Below, piece by piece: positions 9,527 through 19,205 of a stretch of DNA of 64,000 nucleotides (positions within the stretch are counted from its first letter, which is position 1; each line of letters begins with the position of its first letter). This stretch comes from Chloroflexota bacterium (lineage in GTDB: Bacteria; Chloroflexota; Limnocylindria; Limnocylindrales; CSP1-4). The stretch covers positions 271,211 through 335,210 of the forward strand of contig JAHBUZ010000001.1 in assembly GCA_019637815.1 (NCBI GenBank). Reading direction: 5' to 3'. The notes under the pieces were generated by a model, which saw only the letters and a program-made list of their open reading frames with translations, ran no database searches and was not told the DNA's origin. Both the position numbers and the translations under genes were made by a program.

Positions 9527-11151
9527 TCGATGGAGCGTCCACCGGGCGCGCTCCCGTCGTGCTCACGGGCGCCGGGCTGACCATCGAGGACGTGGTCGCG
9601 GTCGCGCGCCACGGCGCGCTCGCCCGCCTGGACGACGATGCCCGGACACGCGTGGCCGAGTCCCGAGCCGTCATCGAACGTCTGGTCGCGGCCGGCGAGG
9701 TGGTCTACGGCGTGACCACCGGCTTCGGTGCGCTGGCCACCACGTTCGTGCCACCCGAGCACGCCCAGGACCTCCAGGAGCGGCTGCTGCGCAGCCACGC
9801 GGCGGGGGTCGGTCCGGCGTTCCCGACCGAGGTCGTTCGGGCGATGCTCCTCCTGCGGGCCAACACGCTGGCCCTCGGTCACTCGGGATGTCGCCCGGAG
9901 GTCATCGACCGGCTGTGTGACCTGCTTCGCCTGGGCATCCACCCGGTCGTGCCGGAGCAGGGCAGCGTGGGCGCATCGGGCGATCTTGCGCCACTCGCGC
10001 ATCTCGCGCTGCCACTCATCGGCCGTGGCGAGGTGGAGCTGGACGGTCGGGTGATGCCCGCGTCGGCGGCCCTCGATGCGGTCGGCTTGGCGCCCCTCGT
10101 GCTGGGACCCAAGGAGGGCCTGGCGCTCCTCAACGGGACCCAGATGATGAGCGCCATCGGGGCCTTGCTGCTCGCCGACGCCGACCGGCTGGCGCGCACC
10201 GCCTCCACGGTCGCGGCGCTCTCCGTGGAAGCACTCCTGGGGACCTCGGTCGCGTTCAGCGCCGCGTACCAGCTCGCGCGACCCCACGCTGGGCAGGTGC
10301 GCACGGCCGCTGAGCTCCGCTGGCTGCTCCGTGACAGCTCGCTCCAGGCTGCCCACCGCGCGCTCGATCACCGGGTCCAGGATCCGTACTCGCTCCGCTG
10401 CGTGCCCCAGGTCCACGGCGCGAGCCGGGATGCGCTCGACCACCTGCGACGGGTGCTGGACATCGAGATCAACGCCGCGACGGACAACCCGCTGGTCTTC
10501 CCGGAGGCCGGAGTGGTCCCCGCGGACGCCCTCGCGACGGGGGGCGGCCACGTCATCAGCGGCGGCAACTTCCACGGGCAACCGATCGCCCTCGCCCTCG
10601 ACTTCGCGAAGCTCGCCATCGCGGAGCTGGGCTCCATCAGCGAACGCCGCGTGGCGCTGATGCTCGATCCGCGGCTCAACGAGGGTCTGCCGGCGTTCCT
10701 GGGTGCGTCGTCGGGTCTCGACTCCGGGCTCATGATCCTCCAGTACACCGCCGCCGCGCTCGTGTCCGAGGACAAGGTGCTGGCACACCCTGCCTCTGCG
10801 GATTCGGTGCCCACGTCGGCGAACCAGGAGGACCACGTCTCGATGGGCTCCATCGCGGCACGCCACGCCCGGCGCGTGCTGGAGCATGTCGAGCACATCC
10901 TCGCCATCGAGCTCATCTGCGCGAGCCAGGCGCTCGATCTCCGCCTCGACGGTCATCCGGGGACGCAGCCCGGCGTGGGCGTCCGCGAGGCACACGCCCT
11001 GGCGCGCTCGGTCGTCCCGCGGCTCGAGAGTGACCGCGAGCCCGGGCCGGACATCGCGGCCGCGCTGATGCTCGTGCGCAGTGGCCGGCTGGCCCGTCTC
11101 GCCGATCCGCCCGAGCTGCCACCCGGGCCGTGGCTCGACCTGGGCGTCTGA
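9523..11151 (+). CDS. hutH: Histidine ammonia-lyase
   Basis: 542 aa. The MIO-forming [16 protein letters not shown] motif is present and the layout is HAL/PAL family. The start overlaps the hutU stop. Confidence 0.95.
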   Translation: MIDGASTGRAPVVLTGAGLTIEDVVAVARHGALARLDDDARTRVAESRAVIERLVAAGEVVYGVTTGFGALATTFVPPEHAQDLQERLLRSHAAGVGPAFPTEVVRAMLLLRANTLALGHSGCRPEVIDRLCDLLRLGIHPVVPEQGSVGASGDLAPLAHLALPLIGRGEVELDGRVMPASAALDAVGLAPLVLGPKEGLALLNGTQMMSAIGALLLADADRLARTASTVAALSVEALLGTSVAFSAAYQLARPHAGQVRTAAELRWLLRDSSLQAAHRALDHRVQDPYSLRCVPQVHGASRDALDHLRRVLDIEINAATDNPLVFPEAGVVPADALATGGGHVISGGNFHGQPIALALDFAKLAIAELGSISERRVALMLDPRLNEGLPAFLGASSGLDSGLMILQYTAAALVSEDKVLAHPASADSVPTSANQEDHVSMGSIAARHARRVLEHVEHILAIELICASQALDLRLDGHPGTQPGVGVREAHALARSVVPRLESDREPGPDIAAALMLVRSGRLARLADPPELPPGPWLDLGV

Positions 11152-12332
11152 TGCAGCACGCCATCACGGGACGGGGCCGTCTGCTGCCCATGACCGGTCC
11201 GCCCTCGGGAGATCTCGGGACCATCGATGGTCCATGGATCATCCTCGTGACGGACGGGGTGGTCGTGGAGGTCCGGCCAGGTGGCCTACGCCCCGGGGAC
11301 CCGGAGTCGGTCACCGATGTCGGGGCGGCGCTGTGCACGCCGGGCCTGGTCGATCCGCACACGCATCTCGTGTTCGGTGGCGACCGCAGCGACGAGGCCG
11401 CTGCCCGCGCGCGTGGCGAGCGCTACACGGGCGGCGGCATCCTGCGCACCGTCGCAGCGACCGAGGCGACTCCCGACGACGTGCTGCGGGATGGGCTCCG
11501 CGGACGCCTCGGGCGTGCCATGGCGACCGGCACCACGACCATCGAGGTCAAGTCCGGCTACGGCCTGACCGCTGCTGCCGAGATCCGTCTCCTGCGGCTG
11601 ATCGGGGAGGCGGCGGCACCGCTCCCGCTGCGCGTGGCGCGCACCTACCTGGGGGCCCACGCCGTGCCACCGGGCATGACGCCAGCGTCACAGGCGCAGG
11701 CGGTCATCGACGCGCTCCCGCAGGTCGCGTCCCTTGCGGACCACATCGACGTGTTCTGCGAGCCGGACCTGTTCGATGTGTCGCTCGCGCGATCGATCCT
11801 GCTGGCCGGACGTGCGCACGGCCTCGGCCTGCGGATCCACGCCGACCAGCTCCGACGGTCGGGTGCGCTCTCGCTCGGTGTGGAGCTGGGCGCTCGCTCG
11901 GTGGACCACCTGGAGCAGGCGACGGCCGATGATGCGCGCCTGCTCGCGGACAGTGGCACCGTCGCGACCGTGCTGCCGGGGCCGGCGCTCCTGCTGCGAG
12001 GCGGCCTGCCCCCGGTGCGTGCCCTGTTCGACGCGGGCGCGACCGTGGCCCTCGGCAGTGATGCCAACGCGGGCACGTTCGGCGAGCCGTCGATGCCCCT
12101 CGCCATCGGGCTCGGCGTCATGATCGGATGCTCGGTCGAGGAGGCGTGGTGGGCCGCGACCCGGGGCGCGGCCGCGTCGCTCGGGCTCGCGGACACGGTG
12201 GGCTGTCTCGGGCCCGGCATGGCTGCGGACATCGTGGCCTGGGACGTGGAGCACGAGGGTGCGGCCGCGATGCGACCCGGGGCCATCCGGCCCGTCCGGG
12301 CCTGGTTCGCGGGACGGCCCCGATCGGACTGA
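11151..12332 (+). CDS. hutI: Imidazolonepropionase
   Basis: Amidohydrolase with GLVDPHTHLVFGGDR and ...RIHADQL... motifs. ATG at 11151 shares one nt with the hutH stop (TGATG). The track start at 11130 is the alternative. Confidence 0.9.
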   Translation: MQHAITGRGRLLPMTGPPSGDLGTIDGPWIILVTDGVVVEVRPGGLRPGDPESVTDVGAALCTPGLVDPHTHLVFGGDRSDEAAARARGERYTGGGILRTVAATEATPDDVLRDGLRGRLGRAMATGTTTIEVKSGYGLTAAAEIRLLRLIGEAAAPLPLRVARTYLGAHAVPPGMTPASQAQAVIDALPQVASLADHIDVFCEPDLFDVSLARSILLAGRAHGLGLRIHADQLRRSGALSLGVELGARSVDHLEQATADDARLLADSGTVATVLPGPALLLRGGLPPVRALFDAGATVALGSDANAGTFGEPSMPLAIGLGVMIGCSVEEAWWAATRGAAASLGLADTVGCLGPGMAADIVAWDVEHEGAAAMRPGAIRPVRAWFAGRPRSD

Positions 12333-12354
12333 CGGCGCTGCCACGGGACGGCCG

Positions 12355-12738
12355 CTATGCGATCGGCTCGAGCACGAACCTCCCGTAGGCCACGAACAGC
12401 GCGAGCGCGCCCAGCACCGCGTTGATGATGATGTTGGGATACTCCCGGCGCTGGATGTGCAGCACGATGGCGCCGACCATCACGAGCGCGAGTCCCACGG
12501 CCGCCACCGGCGTGAGCCAGGGCAGCACCCGGGATGCCGCCGGCGCGACCAGCCCGATGGCTCCCAGGATCTCGAGGATGCCGATGATGCGCATCCGCTC
12601 CTGGCCGACCGCGTGCATCCAGGCCATCGGCGGCCGGCGTGCCGCCCGCTCGAAGTCGAAGGCGTGGGAGTAGCCGGCGACCAGGAACGCCAGCGCGAGC
12701 CCGATCTGTACCGCCCACAGGGCGACATCCATGTCCAC
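12355..12738 (-). CDS. DoxX-family membrane protein
   Basis: 127 aa with 4 predicted TM helices and a DoxX-like pattern (ALAFLVAGYSH...GILEILGAIGLV...). Convergent with hutI. Confidence 0.75.
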   Translation of the reverse strand: MDMDVALWAVQIGLALAFLVAGYSHAFDFERAARRPPMAWMHAVGQERMRIIGILEILGAIGLVAPAASRVLPWLTPVAAVGLALVMVGAIVLHIQRREYPNIIINAVLGALALFVAYGRFVLEPIA

Positions 12739-12762
12739 GCCCTCCTTGGTGCGTGTGACCGG

Positions 12763-13407
12763 CTATGTGCCGGTCGATGCCTCCGACGCCTGCTCCAGCG
12801 CGGACAGGAGCACGGAGACCTCCTGCGCACCGGAGACGCCGAAGCGCCGGTCGAACACGAAGAACGGCACCCCTCGGATGCCCAGCTCCGCGGCCAGCCG
12901 CTCGTCCTCGCGTACCGCGGCCCCGAACTCGTCGCTCGCGAGGGTCGCTCGCGCTCGGTCGGCGTCCACGCCGACCTCGCTCGCGAGACGCACCAGCGTG
13001 TCCGGGTCCGAGATCGCGGCACCCTCCGTGAAGTACGCGGCGTGCAGGCGGTCGGTCATCGCGGCGCCCATGCCGAGGCTGTCCGCGAGATGGGACAAAC
13101 GATGGGCATCGAAGGAGTTGCCGGGTCGCGCGATGTCCAGGCGATAGCTGAGCCCTTCGCTCGCCGCGACGTCGGTCACGCGCTGGTTCATGGCGCGTGC
13201 CTGGTCCGCGCTGACGCCGTACTTCGTGGACAGCATCGTCTCCAGGGACTCGTCCGTGGTCGCGGGTCGGCCCGGGTCCAGCTCGAAGCTGCGATACGTG
13301 ACCGTGACGTCGTCACGCTTCCCGGATCGCTCCAGCGCTCGATGGAGCCGCGTCGTGCCGATGTAGCACCACGGGCAGACGACGTCCGACCACACCTCGA
13401 TGTCCAT
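12763..13407 (-). CDS. DsbA/FrnE-family thiol-disulfide oxidoreductase
   Basis: MDIEVWSDVVCPWCYIG... contains the CPWC active site. Length and layout resemble FrnE / 2-hydroxychromene-2-carboxylate isomerase-like DsbA proteins. Confidence 0.85.
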   Translation of the reverse strand: MDIEVWSDVVCPWCYIGTTRLHRALERSGKRDDVTVTYRSFELDPGRPATTDESLETMLSTKYGVSADQARAMNQRVTDVAASEGLSYRLDIARPGNSFDAHRLSHLADSLGMGAAMTDRLHAAYFTEGAAISDPDTLVRLASEVGVDADRARATLASDEFGAAVREDERLAAELGIRGVPFFVFDRRFGVSGAQEVSVLLSALEQASEASTGT

Positions 13408-13496
13408 GACTTACATCGTACACCTGGCCCACGTGCCACGACCGGATCGACCGGGCCGAGTGCTAGGCTGTCGACACGTCCCGCACGAGGTCCCAT

Positions 13497-13856
13497 GTGA
13501 TGCCCGACCAGACCCTCACCACCGACGCCATCGGTCCGACCATCGACCAGGCTCCCACCACGCCCGTCATCGACCCGCAGGCACGTGCCCGCGAGCTCGC
13601 CGTCCTCGACGCGCTGCGCTCGGTGGTGGACCCGGAGATCGGCATGAACGTGGTCGAGCTGGCGCTCATCCGCCAGGTGGTGCTCGGTGACACGCTGACC
13701 GAGGTGCGCATGGTCATGACCACGCCCTTCTGCCCGTACGCCGGCGCCCTCATGCAGCAGGTCAAGGAGGCAGCCGAGGAGGTCGAGGAGCACGAGGTCA
13801 AGGTGACCCTGCTGGCCGAGCGGTGGGACCCCCGCGATGCCGGCTTGATGTGGTGA
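13497..13856 (+). CDS. DUF59 / MIP18-family Fe-S assembly protein (SufT/PaaD-like)
   Basis: VVDPEIGMNVVELALIR...TTPFCPYAG is the signature of DUF59 proteins. Confidence 0.8.
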   Translation: MMPDQTLTTDAIGPTIDQAPTTPVIDPQARARELAVLDALRSVVDPEIGMNVVELALIRQVVLGDTLTEVRMVMTTPFCPYAGALMQQVKEAAEEVEEHEVKVTLLAERWDPRDAGLMW

Positions 13857-13869
13857 GTCGGGTCATCGC

Positions 13870-13919
13870 CCGATGAGCCTGCCCATCCACCGATGAGCCC
13901 CCGGGACCACCGATGAGCC
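13870..13919 (+). repeat. Three direct copies of CCGATGAGCC spaced exactly 20 bp apart; the last overlaps the start codon of the next gene
   Basis: Copies at 13870-13879, 13890-13899 and 13910-13919. The last two extend to CCACCGATGAGCCC. Each copy contains an ATG, and the ATG at 13913 is the predicted start. Confidence 0.6.
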
Positions 13920-14584
13920 CGCGGGCGCGCCGGGACGCGCTCGCAACGAGCGTCGTCGCGACCGGTGCCGGCGATGACGGGACCACGGGCCTCCTGTTCG
14001 GCGGCCGTGTCTCGAAGGACGACCTCGCCGTCGAGGCGTACGGCACGGTGGACGAGACGGTCGCGGCCCTGGGGACCGCGCGGGCAGAGCTGCCCGCCGA
14101 CGATCCGCTGCCCGCCGACGATCCGCTGCCCGCACTGGATGGCCTGGCGCCACTCGTCCTGCGGCTCCAGCGGGAGCTGTTCGTGGCGGGTGCGGAGCTG
14201 GCCACGAACCCGACGGCCACGGACCGGCTCCAGGATGGCGTGACCCGCGTGGACGAGGCGATGCTCGTCGCGATCGAGGCCGATCTCGCCGCGTGGGAAG
14301 CGCGCATCACGATGCCCCGTGAGTTCGTGGTGCCCGGCCAGAGCCGGCTGTCCGCCGCGCTCGAGGTCGCCCGGGTCACCTGTCGCCGCGCCGAGCGACG
14401 GGTCATCACCGCACGCCGTGCGGGGCACCCCACCGGAGAGTGGCTGGTGCCATGGCTCAATCGCGTGGCGGACCTGTTGTGGGTGCTCGCGCGGGCCGCC
14501 GAGCAGGCCGAGGATGCGGGCACGACGGCCGCCATCGTGGGCGAGCGTCGTCGGACCGCGGGTCGTTCTCGGGACGGGCGGTGA
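13913..14584 (+). CDS. ATP:cob(I)alamin adenosyltransferase, PduO type
   Basis: TGAGDDGTTGL..G.RV.KDD..VEAYGTVDE...LQRELF..GAELAT...FV.PG.S..SAALEVAR..CRRAERR matches the PduO/MMAB family. Confidence 0.85.
   Translation: MSPRARRDALATSVVATGAGDDGTTGLLFGGRVSKDDLAVEAYGTVDETVAALGTARAELPADDPLPADDPLPALDGLAPLVLRLQRELFVAGAELATNPTATDRLQDGVTRVDEAMLVAIEADLAAWEARITMPREFVVPGQSRLSAALEVARVTCRRAERRVITARRAGHPTGEWLVPWLNRVADLLWVLARAAEQAEDAGTTAAIVGERRRTAGRSRDGR
14090..14133 (+). repeat. In-frame 18-bp tandem duplication (about 2.4 copies) inside the adenosyltransferase gene
   Basis: ctgcccgccgacgatccg occurs at 14090-14107 and is repeated exactly at 14108-14125. A partial third copy follows at 14126-14133. It encodes LPADDP-LPADDP-LPA. 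Confidence 0.9.
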
Positions 14585-14701
14585 CGCCCGCTCGCGTCAC
14601 ACGTACGGCCCCGGACCATCGAGCGGCGGACGCCTTGTGAGGCGCCGCTAGACTATCCGGAGACCGCCCGGGCCGGGCGGCCGCTCGAAAGGGACCTCAC
14701 G

Positions 14702-15481
14702 GTGTTCAACAACGACCCCAACCGGACGAACCAGTACGGTCAGTCGCAGCCACAGGGCTGGGACCAGCCGTCCGCCGCTCCCAACACGCTCTCTGATGGC
14801 GTCCGTGTCGGCGCAGCGTCCGTCCCCCGCCAGGGCTTCCTGACCGCGAGCTTCGTGTGGATGTTCGTGGGCCTGCTCCTGAGCGCGGGGGCCGGCCTCT
14901 TCGTCATGAACAACGAGCAGGCGCTCCAGCAGGTGGTCAACAACTGGATCATCCTGATCATCGCGGAGCTCGGCCTCGTGCTCGGCCTCAGCTTCCTCAT
15001 CACGCGCCTCAACCCCATGGTGGCACTGGGCGCGTTCTTCGTGTACGCGCTGCTCAACGGCCTGACGCTCGGCGTCATCGTCCTCGCCTACATGGGCACG
15101 ACCGCGGGCGTGTCCGGCGTGGTCACGGCGTTCCTGGGCGCTTCTGCCATCTTCGCGGGCGCCGCCATCTACGGATATGCCACCAAGCGCGACCTGACGA
15201 GTCTGGGCGGCATCCTGTTCATGGGCCTCATCGGCCTCATCGTCGTGATGATCGCCCAGATGTTCCTGTTCCCCGGGGACGCGATGATCAACATCGCCAT
15301 CGGTGTCGTGGGCGTGGTCCTGTTCACGGGTCTCACGGCCTACCACGTCCAGCAGCTCAAGGCGGGCGCGGTCGAGGGTATCAATGCCGATTCCGCGTCG
15401 GTCATGGGCGCGCTCGTGCTGTACCTCGCCTTCGTCAACCTGTTCCTGTTCCTGCTGCGCATCTTCGGCAGCAACCGCTGA
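14702..15481 (+). CDS. Bax-inhibitor-1 / YccA-family membrane protein
   Basis: 259 aa. Gln/Pro-rich N-terminus followed by 7 TM helices; conserved F..V..WM..GL and ...LYL.F.NLFLFLLRI C-terminus. Confidence 0.8.
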   Translation: MFNNDPNRTNQYGQSQPQGWDQPSAAPNTLSDGVRVGAASVPRQGFLTASFVWMFVGLLLSAGAGLFVMNNEQALQQVVNNWIILIIAELGLVLGLSFLITRLNPMVALGAFFVYALLNGLTLGVIVLAYMGTTAGVSGVVTAFLGASAIFAGAAIYGYATKRDLTSLGGILFMGLIGLIVVMIAQMFLFPGDAMINIAIGVVGVVLFTGLTAYHVQQLKAGAVEGINADSASVMGALVLYLAFVNLFLFLLRIFGSNR

Positions 15482-15564
15482 CCGGTGGGCGACCACCGCG
15501 CGTGGCCGCCGTCTCGTCGCCCGAGGACCCTCCGCCGCGTACCATCACGCGGAAGGAGGGTCTC

Positions 15565-16458
15565 GTGGTCGAAGGTACCGACACCGAACGCATCGGTTTC
15601 TGTGGCATGGGCACGATGGGCGCCGCGATGGCGGCGAACCTCGTGCGGACGGGCTTCCGGACGAGCGTCTGGAACCGCACGGCCGGACGGGCGGACGTGC
15701 CCGTCTCGCTGGGCGCCGTCGAGGCCGCCAGCCCGGCGGAGCTCGCGCGGACCTCGGACATCGTGGTCATCTGCGTCTCGGACACCCCGGACGTGGAGGG
15801 GGTCCTGTTCGGCGCGGATGGCGTCGCGGACGGGCTCGCGGCAGGCGCCCTGGTCATCGATTGCTCCACCATCTCGCCGGCGGCCAGTCGCATGTTCGCC
15901 ACGCGCCTCGCGGAGCGCGGCATCGCCTTCGTGGACGCGCCCGTCTCGGGGGGCTCGGAGGGCGCGCTCCACGCGACGCTGACCATCATGGTGGGCGGAG
16001 CGGAGGCGGACGTGGAGCGGGCACGACCGGTGCTCGCGGCGATGGGTCGCTCCGTCACCCGCATGGGCCCCGTGGGGGCAGGTCAGGCGACCAAGGCCGT
16101 CAACCAGGTGATCATCTGCGGGGCGTATCTCGGCGTGGCCGAGGGCATCGTGCTCGCCATCAAGTCGGGTCTCGATCCCGAACAGGTCGTGGAGGCGCTC
16201 TCGGGTGGCGCGGCCCGCTCGTGGGTGCTGGAGAACCGGGCCGGCCGGATGATCACGGACGACTATCCGCCCGGGTTCCGGATCGCGCTCCACCTCAAGG
16301 ACCTGGGGATCGCCCTGGGTCTCGCACGGGAGGTCGGTGCCTCCCTGCCGGTGGCCGGCCTCGCGGCGCAGATCGAGGCCGGTCTGGTGGCGCAGGGTCA
16401 TGGCGACGACGACAACTCGGCGCTGGCGCGGGCCGTCCGCACCTGGTCGGGGCTGTAG
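15565..16458 (+). CDS. NAD(P)-dependent 3-hydroxyisobutyrate / 2-hydroxy-3-oxopropionate reductase family dehydrogenase
   Basis: GTG at 15565 follows GGAAGGAGGG. IGFCGMGTMGAAMAANL is a Rossmann motif, and ...DAPVSGG..GA..ATLTIMVGG... follows. In frame within track ORF 14857..16458. Confidence 0.85.
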   Translation: MVEGTDTERIGFCGMGTMGAAMAANLVRTGFRTSVWNRTAGRADVPVSLGAVEAASPAELARTSDIVVICVSDTPDVEGVLFGADGVADGLAAGALVIDCSTISPAASRMFATRLAERGIAFVDAPVSGGSEGALHATLTIMVGGAEADVERARPVLAAMGRSVTRMGPVGAGQATKAVNQVIICGAYLGVAEGIVLAIKSGLDPEQVVEALSGGAARSWVLENRAGRMITDDYPPGFRIALHLKDLGIALGLAREVGASLPVAGLAAQIEAGLVAQGHGDDDNSALARAVRTWSGL

Positions 16459-16538
16459 GCTCGCTGGACGATCGGGCGGCACCCCTGGACGATCGGGCCG
16501 ATCCGGTGCCGTCCGGCCCTGCCGCACACCGGGTGTTG

Positions 16539-16925
16539 ATGCGCCTCGTCGTGGTGGCGCTCCTGTCGGCTGCGCTCATGGGGTGCGCCCCGGACGCTCC
16601 TGTCGCGTCCCCCTCGCCGTCACCGCTCGCCTCGGGCATCCGAGGGCTCGTGCTGGTGGGCCCGGAGTGCCCGCGACCATCGGAGGCGTCGCCCTGTCTC
16701 GCCGCGTACGTCGCGCGGATCGTCATCCTCGACATCGACGGGCAGCGGGTCGGCGAGGTGACCTCCGACGCGGACGGCACGTTCGAGGTCCTGCTGCCCC
16801 CGGGCGAGTACATCCTCCAGCCCGTCCCGGGCGGCGACCCCTGGCCGCGCGCGGAGGCCCGCTCGGTCACCGTGATCGAGGGCGAGCTGTCCGATGTGGA
16901 GATCGACTACGAGCGGGGCCGCTGA
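16539..16925 (+). CDS. Lipoprotein with a carboxypeptidase-regulatory-like (Ig-like beta-sandwich) domain
   Basis: MRLVVVALLSAALMGCAP has a signal peptide and a lipobox Cys. ...DADGTFEVLLPPGEYILQP is typical of CarboxypepD_reg-like domains. Confidence 0.65.
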   Translation: MRLVVVALLSAALMGCAPDAPVASPSPSPLASGIRGLVLVGPECPRPSEASPCLAAYVARIVILDIDGQRVGEVTSDADGTFEVLLPPGEYILQPVPGGDPWPRAEARSVTVIEGELSDVEIDYERGR

Positions 16926-16944
16926 CGTCCACGCAGGTACCGGC

Positions 16945-17580
16945 TCAGGGCTCCGCGATGCCCACGATCGCCCAGGTCACCTCGACCACCACCTCGATCG
17001 TCTCCTCGCCGGCGGCCACGGGCATGGACGCCTCCATGGCCATCGCCATCCTGGCACGAGGCATCGGCACGGGGCCCGGGCTGGTATCCGTCTCGACGAT
17101 GGCGAGGGGCGACCCGATGCGCACCCCGCCGGCGCGCGCCAGCGCCTCGGCCGTGGCACGTGCGTCGGCCATGGCACGATCCCGAGCCACCATGCGTGCC
17201 GCCGAGGGATCGGCGATGCCCAGGGTGACCTCCGCGACCTGGTTGGCACCAGCGTCCACGGCTGCGTCCACCACCGGCCCCACGAGCGCGAGGTCGCGGA
17301 CCCGGATGGCCAGGTGCTGGCCCGCCTGATAGCCGGTCGGCGTCGGTCGGTCACCACGGTGGTCCCACGTCTGGTCGAGTGACACCCGTCGCGTGGTCAC
17401 GTCGCTCGCCGCGATGCCGAGGGGCGTGATCGCGGCGAGGACGGCACGCATCCGCTCGTTGGCGAGTCGCTGCGCCTCACCCGCGGTGGCCGCTTCCACC
17501 TCGACGCCCAGCACGAGGGTCGCCATGTCCGGTGCCTGTTCTGCCCGTCCGCTGCCCCTGACCCGGATCCCGCGCATCAT
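16945..17580 (-). CDS. SIMPL-domain (DUF541) protein
   Basis: The start MMRGIRVRG is preceded by GGGAGG. ...ANERMRAVLAAI...GIAASDVTT..VSL... and the C-terminal ...GEETIEVVVEVTWAI match the SIMPL family pattern. Confidence 0.7.
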   Translation of the reverse strand: MMRGIRVRGSGRAEQAPDMATLVLGVEVEAATAGEAQRLANERMRAVLAAITPLGIAASDVTTRRVSLDQTWDHRGDRPTPTGYQAGQHLAIRVRDLALVGPVVDAAVDAGANQVAEVTLGIADPSAARMVARDRAMADARATAEALARAGGVRIGSPLAIVETDTSPGPVPMPRARMAMAMEASMPVAAGEETIEVVVEVTWAIVGIAEP

Positions 17581-17637
17581 CACCTCCCGCCCTGTTCGGG
17601 CACCGTCACGACCGTGGCGTGGAGGGTACCCCCGACG

Positions 17638-17666
17638 TTGACGCTGGGGCGCCCGCGCCGTACACT
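17638..17666 (+). promoter_or_regulatory. Sigma-70-like promoter for the Rrf2-suf-cys cluster
   Basis: TTGACG (17638-17643), a 17-nt spacer, then TACACT (17661-17666), about 100 nt upstream of the Rrf2 start. Confidence 0.4.
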
Positions 17667-17667
17667 C

Positions 17668-17691
17668 AATCCTGACGCCCATACTCGGATT
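17668..17691 (+). promoter_or_regulatory. Inverted repeat just downstream of the -10 hexamer (candidate Rrf2/IscR-type operator)
   Basis: AATCCTGAC-gcccat-ACTCGGATT. Arms AATCC/GGATT, with half-sites CCTGAC and ACTCGG separated by 6 nt. This loosely resembles the IscR type-1 layout (SYYGAC-N6-AGTCRR) as I remember it. Confidence 0.3.
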
Positions 17692-17763
17692 TCCCTCGTG
17701 GTGGCCCCGCCGACCGGTGCCGATGCCACGTCCGCATGTCCGGGGCGTCAAGGAGTCGACCCC

Positions 17764-18302
17764 ATGCCGTCAATGCCCCACACCACCGGTGCCCTCCACT
17801 TCTCCACGCGTGGCGAGTACGGTGTCCGGCTCATGGTGGAGCTCACTCGCCACCACGGCACCGGGCCCGTCAGCCTCGCCGAGATGGCCGACCACGAATC
17901 GCTGCCCCGGCCCTACCTGGAGCAGCTCGTGAGCAGCCTTCGGGAGGCGGGTCTCGTGCGCAGCACCCGCGGTGCACGGGGTGGCTACGAGCTCGCTCGG
18001 GATCCGTCGGCGATCCGCATGAGCGAGGTGATCGTAGCCCTGGAGGGGCCCATCACGCCCATGATCTGCGCCTCGGACGGTCCGGAGGCGGACGCCGCCC
18101 ATGGGGGCTGCGATCGGGTCTCCTTCTGCCACGTCCAGGGCCTCTGGATCCGGGTGCGTGAGGCCGTGGTCCAGGCGCTCGACTCGATGACCCTGCTGGA
18201 TCTCGCCCAGCCCGCCTCAGCCCATCCGCACCACCCGGTGCTCATCCATCCCAGCACGCTCACGCTCGACCGACCCACCCGCACGGAGCCCGTTCCCAAC
18301 GC

Positions 18303-18306
<4 letters not shown>
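17764..18306 (+). CDS. Rrf2-family transcriptional regulator (IscR/SufR-like; three Cys plus His, likely cluster-binding)
   Basis: STRGEYGVRLMVEL...PVSLAEMAD.ESLPRPYLEQLVSSLREAGLVRSTRGARGGYELAR is an Rrf2 HTH. C-x13-C-x5-C-H (ICASDG...GGCDRVSFCH) gives candidate cluster ligands. Confidence 0.85.

Positions 18307-19201
<895 letters not shown>

Positions 19202-19205
<4 letters not shown>

Noticed and set aside
12259-13500. 413-aa plus-strand ORF spanning the DoxX/DsbA region.
   Set aside because: It lies antisense to two minus-strand genes with clear signatures: a DoxX TM pattern and the CPWC thioredoxin-fold active site. Its own product is Arg/His/Asp-rich with no motif.
13870-14133. Short direct repeats (20-bp-phased decamers and 18-bp tandem copies; also 59136-59204 and 45015-47), considered as a possible CRISPR array.
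   Set aside because: The repeat units are 10-18 bp with no unique spacers of 25-40 bp. Two of the repeats lie in frame inside genes, and no cas genes are present.
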